Origin: Polyangia bacterium
Lineage (GTDB): Bacteria > Myxococcota_A > Polyangia > Fen-1088
Assembly (NCBI GenBank): GCA_036267635.1
Contig: DATAVR010000089.1
Location: 65,034-129,033 of the forward strand
Length of the DNA stretch: 64,000 nt
Direction of reading: 5' to 3'
Shown here: positions 56,011-64,000 of the stretch, piece after piece
Layout: the number at the start of each line of letters is the position of its first letter
Numbering within the stretch: position 1 is the first letter of the stretch
Program-made: the position numbers and the translations under genes
The notes under the pieces: generated by a model
Databases searched by the model: none
Seen by the model: only the letters and a program-made list of their open reading frames with translations
What the model was told of the DNA's origin: nothing

Positions 56011-56038
56011 GTCAGTCGTCAGTCGTCAGCCGTCAGCC
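56011..56038. repeat. 7-bp tandem repeat GTCAGYC x4 at the polymerase gene stop
   Basis: On the minus strand it reads GGCTGAC GGCTGAC GACTGAC GACTGAC, which places a TGA in all three frames. Confidence 0.85.
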
Positions 56039-57409
56039 GCCGCTGTCGCCGGGCGGGGGCGCCCGCCGCGCGAGACGGCGCCACTCGCGGGTCGGATCGT
56101 CGTCGGGATCGGGCGTCTCCTGCGGCGGGCGCGTCGCCTCGGGGACGTGGCGCAGGTTGATCCGGATGCGGGTCCAGGTCGAGGAGCGGCCGCGCATCGC
56201 ATCGATGAGGACGTCGTCGACCGCGAGCAGCTGCGCCGCTTCGACGTGCTTGGTCTTCCAGCGCTCGAGGCCTGCAAGCGCCGCGTTCTTGTCGGGCGAG
56301 TTCGCCACGGTGATGAGCGGCATCTTCGAGATCCGGGTGCCCGGCGCCGTGGTCTTTTTTTCGACGTTGGCGGCGCCGCGTGCGCGCGAGGGCGCCACCC
56401 GCGGCGCTTCACCCTCGGTCTTGCGGAAGTGGGGCGGCCAGGGGGCGTCGCCGAGCCCCGCCGCGTCATCGCGCGCCGCCAGCTCCAGCAGCTTCTCCAG
56501 GCTTCCGGCCGCGGCGTCCATGCCGGCCTGGGGATCGGGCCGCGCGGCGAAGCGCGCCGGCATCGTGGCCACGGTGAAGTCGGCCGGATTGCAGTCGGCG
56601 ACCTCGCTCCAGTCGAGCGGCGCCGACACGCGCGCGTCGGGAAGCGGGCGGATCGAATACGCCGAGCAGGTGGTGCGATCCTTGGCGTTCTGGTTGTAGT
56701 CGAGGAAGACGCCGTGGCGCTCCTCCTTCCACCACTTCGAGGTGGCCACGGTCGGGGCGCGCCGCTCGATCTCGCGCGACAGCGCCAGCGCCGCGCGGCG
56801 AACGTCGTCGAAGCTCCAGCGGGGGTGAATGCGGGCGTTGACGTGAATTCCGCGTGAGCCGCTGGTCTTGGGCCACCCCGTGAGGCCGAGCTCCTCCATC
56901 AGCGCTTTGACCTCCAGCGCCACGCGGCGCACGTCATCCCAGCCGACGCCGGGGCCGGGATCGAGATCGACGCGCAGCTCGTCGGGGTGGTCGAGATCGC
57001 CGGCCCGCACCGCGTGCGGATGCAGCTCGAGGCAGCCGAGGTTCACGATGAAGGCCAGGCCGGCAGCGTCGTCGACCACCACCTCTTCCGCCGTCCGCCC
57101 CGAGGGAAACGACAGTGTCACCGTGCGCAGCCAGTCGGGGCGCTTGTCGGGCGCGCGCTTCTGATAGAAGGCCGGCGCCTCGGCGCCGTCGACGAAGCGC
57201 TTGAGGACGATTGGGCGATCGCGGATTCCGCCCAGCGCGCCGTCGGCGACGGAGAGGTAGTAGCGGACCACGTCGAGCTTGCTGAGCTTGGCCTCGCGCG
57301 TGAAGTAGGGCTTAGCCGGGTTGCTGACCCGCACCTCGCGCCCGGCGACCGTCAGCGTCTCGGCGGCGTCCTCTTTCTTTCGCTCTTTCTTTCCCTCTTT
57401 CTGGCCCAC
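56033..57409 (-). CDS. LigD-Pol / PrimPol-type NHEJ polymerase domain protein with a ~130-aa C-terminal extension
   Basis: VSNPAKPYF, LVLKRFVDG, LELHPH, PDELRVDLDP, KTSGSRGIHV and FLDYNQN. GTG start 9 nt after the MFS stop. Confidence 0.9.
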   Translation of the reverse strand: MGQKEGKKERKKEDAAETLTVAGREVRVSNPAKPYFTREAKLSKLDVVRYYLSVADGALGGIRDRPIVLKRFVDGAEAPAFYQKRAPDKRPDWLRTVTLSFPSGRTAEEVVVDDAAGLAFIVNLGCLELHPHAVRAGDLDHPDELRVDLDPGPGVGWDDVRRVALEVKALMEELGLTGWPKTSGSRGIHVNARIHPRWSFDDVRRAALALSREIERRAPTVATSKWWKEERHGVFLDYNQNAKDRTTCSAYSIRPLPDARVSAPLDWSEVADCNPADFTVATMPARFAARPDPQAGMDAAAGSLEKLLELAARDDAAGLGDAPWPPHFRKTEGEAPRVAPSRARGAANVEKKTTAPGTRISKMPLITVANSPDKNAALAGLERWKTKHVEAAQLLAVDDVLIDAMRGRSSTWTRIRINLRHVPEATRPPQETPDPDDDPTREWRRLARRAPPPGDSGG

Positions 57410-57418
57410 GCGCCAAGG

Positions 57419-58675
57419 CTACAACGACTTGGCGTCGGTCGAGCGGCGGAGGAGGGTCCCGAGCAGCGCCGCGGCGGCCAGCGCGATCACCGCCAGGCCG
57501 TACTCGTGCGCGGTCACCAGCAGGCCGCCGCCGTGAACGACGCCGAGCCCGGCCACCACCGCCGGCGCCCCCATCGCCAGATAGGCGACCACGTAGAGGA
57601 CCGAGAGCACGCCGGCGCGCTGGTGCGGCGCGGCCAGCGGGATGACGCTGCGGATGGCGCCCTGAAAGGCGCCGCCAAAACCGATCCCGGCGACGGCGGT
57701 GCCGACAAAGAGGATGCCCACCGAGGCGCGGGCGATCGCCAGCAGCGTGACCGCCACGCCGGCCATGAGCACGGCGGTTCCGAACAGCGTCAGGAACCGC
57801 GCCGATCGCTGGCGGGTGAACAGCACGGCCAGGGCGCCGCTCCCGGCCATCGCGAACAGAACCAGTCCCCCCAGCAGCGGCGAGCTCGAACCGACGAGGC
57901 GCCGCACCAGCGTCGGCCCCAATGACCCGTAGAAGCCGACCAGCGCCCAGGCGGCGACCAGGGCCGGCACCGCCAGCAGCATCGGCACGCGGGCGTGGGC
58001 AGGCAGGTGAAACTGCGGCCGCAGCGACGCCAGCGCTCCGGGACGCGGCGTCACCGACTCGGGCATCGCCGCCACGCCGAGCGCCTGGGCGAGGAAGATC
58101 GCGGCGAGCGCGACATAGACGAGCACGGTCGGCGCGGGGAGAAACACCACCATCAGCCCCGAGGCGAGCGCGCCCGTCGCGGTCCCGAGCATCGGGCCGA
58201 CCGCGTTGGCGACGGTGCCCTTGGCCCGATCGAGATCCAACATGCCGGCCCCGACGGCGCCGGCGGCCGCGCCGGTCGAGAGACCCTGGATCACGCGCGC
58301 CAGGAGCAGCGCCCCCACGCCGTGCGCGGTGGCGAAGATCGCCATGGTCACCGCCTGCAGCAGCGTGGCCGCGAAGAGGATGGGCCGACGCCCGACGTAG
58401 TCGGAGAGGCTGCCGAACACCAGCAGCGCGGCCAGCACCGCCAGCGCGTAGATCCCAAAGATCACGGTGATGGTGATGGGCGAGAAGCCCCAGGCCGCCT
58501 GGTAGAGCGCGTAGAGCGGCGTCGGCGCGCTCGAGCCGGCCAGAAAGAACAGGATGATCGACGCCTGGAGATAGAACGCGGCGGGCTTGGTGAGCTGAGG
58601 GAGACGCCAGGCCGCCCGTGAATGATCATGAGGCGCGAGCGTGACGGAGGCGGCGGCGGTGCCTGGGGTCGACAT
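57419..58675 (-). CDS. MFS transporter
   Basis: 12 TM-like segments and the GSLSDYVGRRP motif. In-frame ATG at 58675. Confidence 0.85.
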   Translation of the reverse strand: MSTPGTAAASVTLAPHDHSRAAWRLPQLTKPAAFYLQASIILFFLAGSSAPTPLYALYQAAWGFSPITITVIFGIYALAVLAALLVFGSLSDYVGRRPILFAATLLQAVTMAIFATAHGVGALLLARVIQGLSTGAAAGAVGAGMLDLDRAKGTVANAVGPMLGTATGALASGLMVVFLPAPTVLVYVALAAIFLAQALGVAAMPESVTPRPGALASLRPQFHLPAHARVPMLLAVPALVAAWALVGFYGSLGPTLVRRLVGSSSPLLGGLVLFAMAGSGALAVLFTRQRSARFLTLFGTAVLMAGVAVTLLAIARASVGILFVGTAVAGIGFGGAFQGAIRSVIPLAAPHQRAGVLSVLYVVAYLAMGAPAVVAGLGVVHGGGLLVTAHEYGLAVIALAAAALLGTLLRRSTDAKSL

Positions 58676-58699
58676 GAGATCTCCTGGGCGGCGGAAGAA

Positions 58700-58750
58700 A
58701 CAGACCGGTCTGTCTGATGCCTTGACGATAAACAGACCGGTCGGTATAGT
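58700..58750. promoter_or_regulatory. TetR operator pair interleaved with a sigma-70-type promoter
   Basis: ACAGACCGGTCTGT (58700-58713) is a perfect palindrome. ACAGACCGGTCGGT (58732-58745) is a near copy. TTGACG (58722-58727), 17 nt, TATAGT (58745-58750). Confidence 0.7.
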
Positions 58751-58756
58751 CAAGTC

Positions 58757-59371
58757 ATGTCGACCACCAAGTTGCAGGGCTCGGCGCACGACCGGCTGCT
58801 GGCCGCTGCCAACGAGCTCTTCTATGCCGAAGGGGTCCACACGGTCGGGATCGAGCGGGTGATCGAGCGGGCGGGGGTGGCCAAGGCGTCGCTCTACAGC
58901 ACCTTCGGCAGCAAGGACGAGCTGGTGCGCGCCTACCTCCGGGGGCGCGCCGAGACCCGCCAGCGGCGGATCGCCGAGCGGCTGGCCCTCTTCGAGGATC
59001 CGCGGGAGCGCATTTTGAGCGTGTTCGATCTCCTCGGCGAGCTCGGCGCCTCGCCCACCTTTCGCGGTTGTGCCTTCCTCAACGCCACCGCCGAGGGGCC
59101 GCGCGGGGAGACCAAGGTGACGCGCATCTGCGCCGACCAGCGCGCCTGGACGCGCGGCCTCTTCACCGAGCTGGCGCGCGACGCCGGCGCCGGCGATCCG
59201 GCGCGCCTGGCCGAGCAGCTGATGCTTCTCTACGACGGAACGACGGTGGGCGGCTCGATGGACGGCGGCGCCGGCGCCAGTCGTGCCGCGCGCGCCATGG
59301 CGGAGGTTCTGCTCGACGCGCAGACGCCCGCCAGCCGACGCAGCAAGCGCACCTCCAGCGCCAAGAAGTGA
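58757..59371 (+). CDS. TetR/AcrR-family repressor
   Basis: RLLAAANELFYAEGVHTVGIERVIERAGVAKASLYSTFGSKDELV. Confidence 0.9.
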   Translation: MSTTKLQGSAHDRLLAAANELFYAEGVHTVGIERVIERAGVAKASLYSTFGSKDELVRAYLRGRAETRQRRIAERLALFEDPRERILSVFDLLGELGASPTFRGCAFLNATAEGPRGETKVTRICADQRAWTRGLFTELARDAGAGDPARLAEQLMLLYDGTTVGGSMDGGAGASRAARAMAEVLLDAQTPASRRSKRTSSAKK

Positions 59372-59434
59372 CGCCCCGGCAACGCCCGAGCGAAAGGCGG
59401 CGGCGCGGCCCGCGGTTCGCGTTACAACATCGGC

Positions 59435-61177
59435 ATGGCCGACGGCAAACAGGACGTGCTCGACATGCTGCGGGAGCTCGCCGAGCTCACCATGTTGGAC
59501 GAGGGGGACCCGCAGTCGTTCCGGGTGCGCGCCTATGAAAGCGCCGCCCAGGCGATCTCGGCCCAGGCGACCGATCTCGGCCGGCTGACCGCCCGCGAGC
59601 TGCAGCAGATCGAGGGGGTCGGCAAGAGCACCGCCGAGAAGATCCGCGAGCTACTTGAAAAAGGGAAGGTCGAGAAGCTGGAGGGCCTCCGCCAGAAGCA
59701 CCCGCGCAGCGTGGTGGAGCTGCTGCGGATCCAGGGCCTCGGTCCGAAGGCGCTCAAGCGGCTGCGCGCCGAGCTGGGGGTGCAGTCGATCGACGATTTG
59801 CGGCGCGTGCTCGTCGAGAAAAAACTGCGCGGGCTGTCGGGGTTCGGCCAGAAGTCAGAAGAGAAGCTGGCGCAGGCCCTGGCGCGGCTCGAGGCACAGG
59901 GGCCGATGGAGCGGACGCCGATCTCGGTGGCGTTGCCGCTCGCCGAGCGGATCGTGGCCCACATGCGCGAGCTCCCCGGCGTCACCCACGCCTCCACCTG
60001 CGGATCGCTGCGCCGATTCTCCGAGACGATCGGCGACGTCGACATCGTGGTGGCCGCCCCCGACGCCGCGCCGGTGATGGAGGCGCTCGTCACCATGAGC
60101 CTGGTCGACCGCGTGCTCGGCCGCGGCGAGTCCAAGACCAGCGTGGTCACCCGGCGCGGCACGCAGATCGATCTGCGGGTCGTCGCGCATCACCAGCTCG
60201 GCGCGGCCCTGCTCTACTTCACCGGCTCGAAGGGGCACAACATCAAGCTGCGGCAGCGGGCGCTCGGGCGCGGGCTGACGCTCAACGAGTACGCGCTGTC
60301 GGAGATCGAGGGCGGCCGCGTGATCGCCAGCGAGACCGAGGAGCAGATCTACCGGGCGCTCGAGCTCCCCTTCATCCCGCCGGTCCTGCGGGAAGACGCC
60401 GGCGAGATCGAGGCGGCCGAAAAGGGCACGCTGCCGGCCCCGATGCCCCCGGTGATCGGCGACTTCCACGTCCACACCACCGTCTCGGGCGACGGCCGCT
60501 CGCCGCTCGAAGAGGTGGTCGCCGCGGCGAAGGCCCGGGGCTATCGGGTCCTGGCCATCACCGACCACGCCGAGGGAACGCTCTCCGGCGTCGGTCGCGA
60601 GAAGCTGCTCGAGCAGCGCGAGCGCTTTCGGGCCCTGCAGGCCGAGCTGGGCGATTCGCTGCGCCTGCTCCACGGCGTCGAGCTGAACATCGGTCCCCAC
60701 GGCGAGCTCGACTACGACCTCGAGTTCCGTCGCGGGTTCGACTGGTGCCTCGCCTCGGTGCACGACCACTTCGAGCTCGATCGCGCCGCGCAGACCAAGC
60801 GGGTCGTCACCGCGATGCACGATCCGGCGGTGCGGATGATCGGCCACCTCTCCGCCCGCATGATCGGTGGCCGCCCCCCGATCGACCTCGACCTCGACGC
60901 GATTGCGACCGCCGCCGAGGAGACCGGCACCGCGCTCGAGGTGAACGGCGCGCTGCCGCGGCTCGATCTCTCGGTCGAGGCGCTGCGCCAGGCGCGCTCC
61001 CGCGACGTGACCTTTCTGCTCACCAGCGACGCCGACCGCGCCGAAGAGCTGGACCGCGCCCGCTTCGCCGCGCTCAACGCCGAGCGCGCCTGGCTCGACC
61101 CGGGGAAGGTCGCCAACACCTGGCCCCCCGAGCGGCTCTTGAAATGGATCGAGGACGGCGCGCCAAACGCGGGTTAG
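59435..61177 (+). CDS. polX: Family X DNA polymerase with a C-terminal PHP domain
   Basis: HhH segments (IEGVGKSTAEKI, IQGLGPKALKRL), GSLRRFSETIGDVDIVV catalytic aspartates, and the PHP segment GDFHVHTTVSGDG...ITDHA. Confidence 0.9.
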   Translation: MADGKQDVLDMLRELAELTMLDEGDPQSFRVRAYESAAQAISAQATDLGRLTARELQQIEGVGKSTAEKIRELLEKGKVEKLEGLRQKHPRSVVELLRIQGLGPKALKRLRAELGVQSIDDLRRVLVEKKLRGLSGFGQKSEEKLAQALARLEAQGPMERTPISVALPLAERIVAHMRELPGVTHASTCGSLRRFSETIGDVDIVVAAPDAAPVMEALVTMSLVDRVLGRGESKTSVVTRRGTQIDLRVVAHHQLGAALLYFTGSKGHNIKLRQRALGRGLTLNEYALSEIEGGRVIASETEEQIYRALELPFIPPVLREDAGEIEAAEKGTLPAPMPPVIGDFHVHTTVSGDGRSPLEEVVAAAKARGYRVLAITDHAEGTLSGVGREKLLEQRERFRALQAELGDSLRLLHGVELNIGPHGELDYDLEFRRGFDWCLASVHDHFELDRAAQTKRVVTAMHDPAVRMIGHLSARMIGGRPPIDLDLDAIATAAEETGTALEVNGALPRLDLSVEALRQARSRDVTFLLTSDADRAEELDRARFAALNAERAWLDPGKVANTWPPERLLKWIEDGAPNAG

Positions 61178-61187
61178 CGCTCCGCGA

Positions 61188-61601
61188 TCATCTTCCCCGC
61201 TTCGCGTCGATGCTCCAGGGGCCAGCGCCCGCCGCCGAGAGGTAGAGCCAGATGAAGCAGTAAAGCGCCGCCGGCACGCCGCCGTTGGCGATGGGCCAGA
61301 AGCCCTTTGGAAGGTGAAACTGGAAGTAGGCGACGGCCATCTCACCCGCCAGCAGAAAGGCGATCGGTCGCGTGAAGAGCCCGATGAGGAGGAGCGCGCC
61401 GCCGAAGACCTCCAGCGCGCCGCCGATCCCCAGCTGGGACGCGAGGGCGGCGGTCTTCCCGCCGGGAAGAATGGCGATCGGAAACGCGAACAGCTTGGCG
61501 GCGCCGGGCTGCATGAACATGAAGGCGGCGACGATGCGGAGGACGCTGCGCAGCTCGGGCGAGCGGTCCGCCCACTTTTCGGAGACGCTGGTTGTGCTCA
61601 T
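61188..61601 (-). CDS. DoxX-family membrane protein
   Basis: LRIVAAFMFMQPGAAKLF...LLLIGLFTRP...MAVAYF. In-frame ATG at 61601. Confidence 0.8.
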   Translation of the reverse strand: MSTTSVSEKWADRSPELRSVLRIVAAFMFMQPGAAKLFAFPIAILPGGKTAALASQLGIGGALEVFGGALLLIGLFTRPIAFLLAGEMAVAYFQFHLPKGFWPIANGGVPAALYCFIWLYLSAAGAGPWSIDAKRGR

Positions 61602-61647
61602 GGCGGGCGAGCATGAATCTCGGCTGCCGTCGGCGCCACGTGTTTGA

Positions 61648-62625
61648 CTAGCGCGCGCGGGCCGGGCGCCGCGCGCCGGCCGCGCGCAGCGCCCGCTCGC
61701 CCATCCGCCGCAGGTGGACCCGCGCCTCCGGCGGATGCTGGACCTCGAACTCGACGCCCAGCATCGACATCCAGAAGGCGAGCGCGTCGAGCGACGGCGT
61801 ACCGACGTGCAGCAGGCAGGAGCGCGCATCGACGGTCTCCAGCGTCCCTGACGCGGGGGAGATCCGCTTGGCCATCTCGGCGATCGGCGCGTGCAGCAGC
61901 ACGCGCGCGCGAACCGGGTAGGGGGCCAGCGACACCGAGCGAGAGACGTAGGCGGCGAGGCCTCCCTCGGGCGGGCTCCGCGCAAAGAAACCGGCGCCGG
62001 CCGTGACCTTGGAGGCGATGCGGTCGACGCGAAAGGTCCGCCAGTCGGCGCGGGTCAGATCCCAGGCCACCAGGTACCAGCGCCAGCCGGTGTGGACCAG
62101 GCCGGCCGGCTCGACCCGCCGATCGGTGCGGGCGCCGTCGTTGCCGCGGTAACCGAACGTCAGCCGCTGGTGATCGCGGCAGGCGGAGGCGACGGCGGCG
62201 AGGATGCGCGCGTCGACGGTGGGGCCGCTGCGGGCGAGCGGGACGATCGCGGCGTGCAGCGCGGAGAGCCGGCGGCGCAACCGCGCGGGGAGCACCTGCT
62301 CCAGCTTGGTGAGCGCGCGGAGGGCGATCTCCTCGAGGCCGCTGACGCTGCCGGCGGCGGCGGTCCGCAGCCCGAGCGCGACGGCCAGCGCCTCCTCGTC
62401 GTCGAGAACCAGCGGCGGCAGCTCGGTCCCTGCGCCGAAGCGGTAGCCGCCCGCCACGCCTGAGGTCGAGTGCACCGGGTAGCCGAGGCTGCGCAGCCGG
62501 TCGACGTCCCGCCGGAGCGTGCGAGAGGTGATCTCCAGCCGTGCGCCGAGCTCCGCCCCGGTCCAGGAGCGGCGCGACTGCAAGAGCGTCAGCAGACGGA
62601 GCAGGCGTGCGGAGGTCCCGAGCAT
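61648..62625 (-). CDS. YafY-type HTH-WYL transcriptional regulator
   Basis: RLLRLLTLLQSRRSWTGAELGARLEITSRTLRRDVDRLRSLGYPV, then the WYL-like segment WRWYLVAWD. Confidence 0.85.
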   Translation of the reverse strand: MLGTSARLLRLLTLLQSRRSWTGAELGARLEITSRTLRRDVDRLRSLGYPVHSTSGVAGGYRFGAGTELPPLVLDDEEALAVALGLRTAAAGSVSGLEEIALRALTKLEQVLPARLRRRLSALHAAIVPLARSGPTVDARILAAVASACRDHQRLTFGYRGNDGARTDRRVEPAGLVHTGWRWYLVAWDLTRADWRTFRVDRIASKVTAGAGFFARSPPEGGLAAYVSRSVSLAPYPVRARVLLHAPIAEMAKRISPASGTLETVDARSCLLHVGTPSLDALAFWMSMLGVEFEVQHPPEARVHLRRMGERALRAAGARRPARAR

Positions 62626-62703
62626 CGGAGCAATATCGCATTCTATCGAGGACCGAATCTGTCCTCAATCGAGCGTAGCCTGTTCAGCACAAGGAGAACG
62701 ACC

Positions 62704-63138
62704 ATGGAGACCAACAGAAACGAAGCGAAGAGCTACACCGGCAGCTGCCACTGCGGCGCGGTCCAGTTTCGGGTGACGACAGATCTCGCCGCCGGCGCGG
62801 GACGCTGCAACTGCTCGATCTGCACCAAGGTGTCGCAGCTGGGCGGGATCGTGAAGCCGGAGGCGTTCCAGCTCGTCTCGAACGAAGAGAGCCTGTCGTC
62901 CTACGAGTGGGGCGGTCGCACGTCCAAGCGTTACTTCTGCAAGCAGTGCGGGATTCACTGCTTCGGCCGCGGGAGCCTCCCCGAGCTGGGCGGCGCCTAT
63001 GTCTCGGTCAACTACAACTGCCTCGAGGGCGTCGAGCTCGCCGATCTCAAGGTCATCTACTGGGACGGCCGCCACAACAACTGGCACGCCGGCCCTCGTG
63101 ACACAGCTTGGGCCATCCTCGACGCCGCTTCGGCGTAG
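62704..63138 (+). CDS. GFA/CENP-V-family (glutathione-dependent formaldehyde-activating-like) zinc protein
   Basis: GSCHCGAVQF, CNCSICTK and FCKQCG Cys clusters. Confidence 0.85.
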   Translation: METNRNEAKSYTGSCHCGAVQFRVTTDLAAGAGRCNCSICTKVSQLGGIVKPEAFQLVSNEESLSSYEWGGRTSKRYFCKQCGIHCFGRGSLPELGGAYVSVNYNCLEGVELADLKVIYWDGRHNNWHAGPRDTAWAILDAASA

Positions 63139-63139
63139 G

Positions 63140-64000
63140 TCACTTTCTCTTTTTCTTTTTCTTCTGCTTTTCCTTCTCGGGCGGCGTCTTGGGGTGGGCG
63201 GCCAGGAAGTCGCCGACCCGCGCCAGGAGCGCCGGCGTCGCGACCTGGTGGCCGCCGCCGCGAACGGTCCAGAGCTCGACGGCGCCCAGCGGACAGTCGG
63301 CGTAGCTTTCGATCTTGGTCTCCGGGCCGGGGAGGCGCGGATCGAGATCCACCATGGTCACCTTGGGCGCGACGTTGGTCGGGCAGCCGAGGTGCTCGGC
63401 CCAGTTGCGGAAAGTGTCGGGTGCCGACAGGTGCGGTTCGGCGGCGCGGTTGTCGAGGACGCGGCCGCCCTGGTAGCGGACGATCGGATCGGCGTCACCG
63501 TGGATCTCCAGCACCGCGAGCGGCGACGACGGCGCGCAGGCTTCTTCCGGCGCGCGGCCCGCGCCGCCGATGCTGACGATCGCCGCCAGCCGATCGTCCA
63601 TGTAGCAGCCGAGGCGGTGGGCCATGAACCCGCCGTTCGAGAACCCGACCACGTAGACGCGCGCCGGATCGATCTCCGGGCGCTGCAGCCAGTGCCAGAT
63701 GAGCGTCTCCAGGCGGGCCACGTCGTTGACCGCCTTGCCGTCGAAGTTGCAGCAGGCGGGGCCGGCGTTCCAGAACCGGCGCCCTTGCCGATCCAGGTTG
63801 CCGTCGGGTGCGACCAACACCATCCGTCCGCGCTCGGCCAGCGCGCGCAGCTCCGGGCTGGCGAGCGCCTCGGCGCCCGAGCCGCCGAGTCCGTGCAGAT
63901 AGAGCAGCAGCGGGCGGCGCTCGCCGGGCGCGAGGTCGGCCACCGGCAAGACATGGACCTCGGGATCGGCGGCGGCCGTCGCCGAAAGGGTCACGAGAAG
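63140..64000 (-). CDS. Secreted alpha/beta esterase (PHB-depolymerase/LpqC-type, CE1-like) with a poly-Lys tail; 5' end off window
   Basis: LLLYLHGLGGSG, GFSNGG nucleophile elbow and IHGDADP. C-terminus PEKEKQKKKKKRK. The frame is open to position 64000. Confidence 0.8.
   Translation of the reverse strand, partial: LLVTLSATAAADPEVHVLPVADLAPGERRPLLLYLHGLGGSGAEALASPELRALAERGRMVLVAPDGNLDRQGRRFWNAGPACCNFDGKAVNDVARLETLIWHWLQRPEIDPARVYVVGFSNGGFMAHRLGCYMDDRLAAIVSIGGAGRAPEEACAPSSPLAVLEIHGDADPIVRYQGGRVLDNRAAEPHLSAPDTFRNWAEHLGCPTNVAPKVTMVDLDPRLPGPETKIESYADCPLGAVELWTVRGGGHQVATPALLARVGDFLAAHPKTPPEKEKQKKKKKRK

Noticed and set aside
55866-56032. Sigma-54 (NtrC-type) promoter upstream of amt, for example TGGAAACCAGCTCTTGA on the minus strand.
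   Set aside because: The GG-to-GC spacing is off by 2 nt and the -24 element is weak. The other GGCACG-containing site lacks a TTGC element.

Overview
About 70% GC bacterial chromosome segment. It is probably a myxobacterium (Polyangia-like). Three exoproteins carry MYXO-CTERM-type tails, many lipobox lipoproteins have Gly/Thr/Ser/Ala linkers, and there are Hanks kinases and DUF1592/DUF1552 pairs. I support about 63 protein-coding genes or gene remnants. I saw no rRNA, tRNA, CRISPR array, transposase or integrase. Most long ORFs in the track are antisense shadow frames typical of high-GC DNA.

Gene content:
- Secreted glycan-active enzymes: PL7 alginate lyase, SASA-type O-acetylesterase, PL9-like beta-helix lyase, CE4 deacetylase and a CE1-like esterase.
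- Housekeeping genes: glgP, amt, an ABC-F ATPase, isoaspartyl peptidase and ppgK.
- A dispersed DNA-repair set: stand-alone ATP-dependent ligase, LigD-Pol/PrimPol and PolX-PHP.
- Toxin-antitoxin elements.
- Several decayed loci.

Candidates most worth follow-up:
1. A TetR-operated divergon in which an MFS exporter appears co-transcribed with a PrimPol-type polymerase and tetR is followed by polX. A ligase and a WYL regulator lie nearby.
2. An orphan, degenerating hydrogenase-maturation trio: frameshifted hypA, an unknown 245-aa protein, and an endopeptidase homolog lacking two metal ligands.
3. An amt gene translationally coupled to a Roadblock/LC7 protein instead of glnK.
4. The uncharacterised DUF1592/DUF1552 pair with a neighbouring beta-propeller lipoprotein.
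5. Three orphan antitoxin-type genes with AT-rich TTGTACAA palindromes nearby.
6. A two-gene lipoprotein operon encoding a Cys-rich-repeat giant.

All homology calls come from reading motifs by eye. No database search was run.
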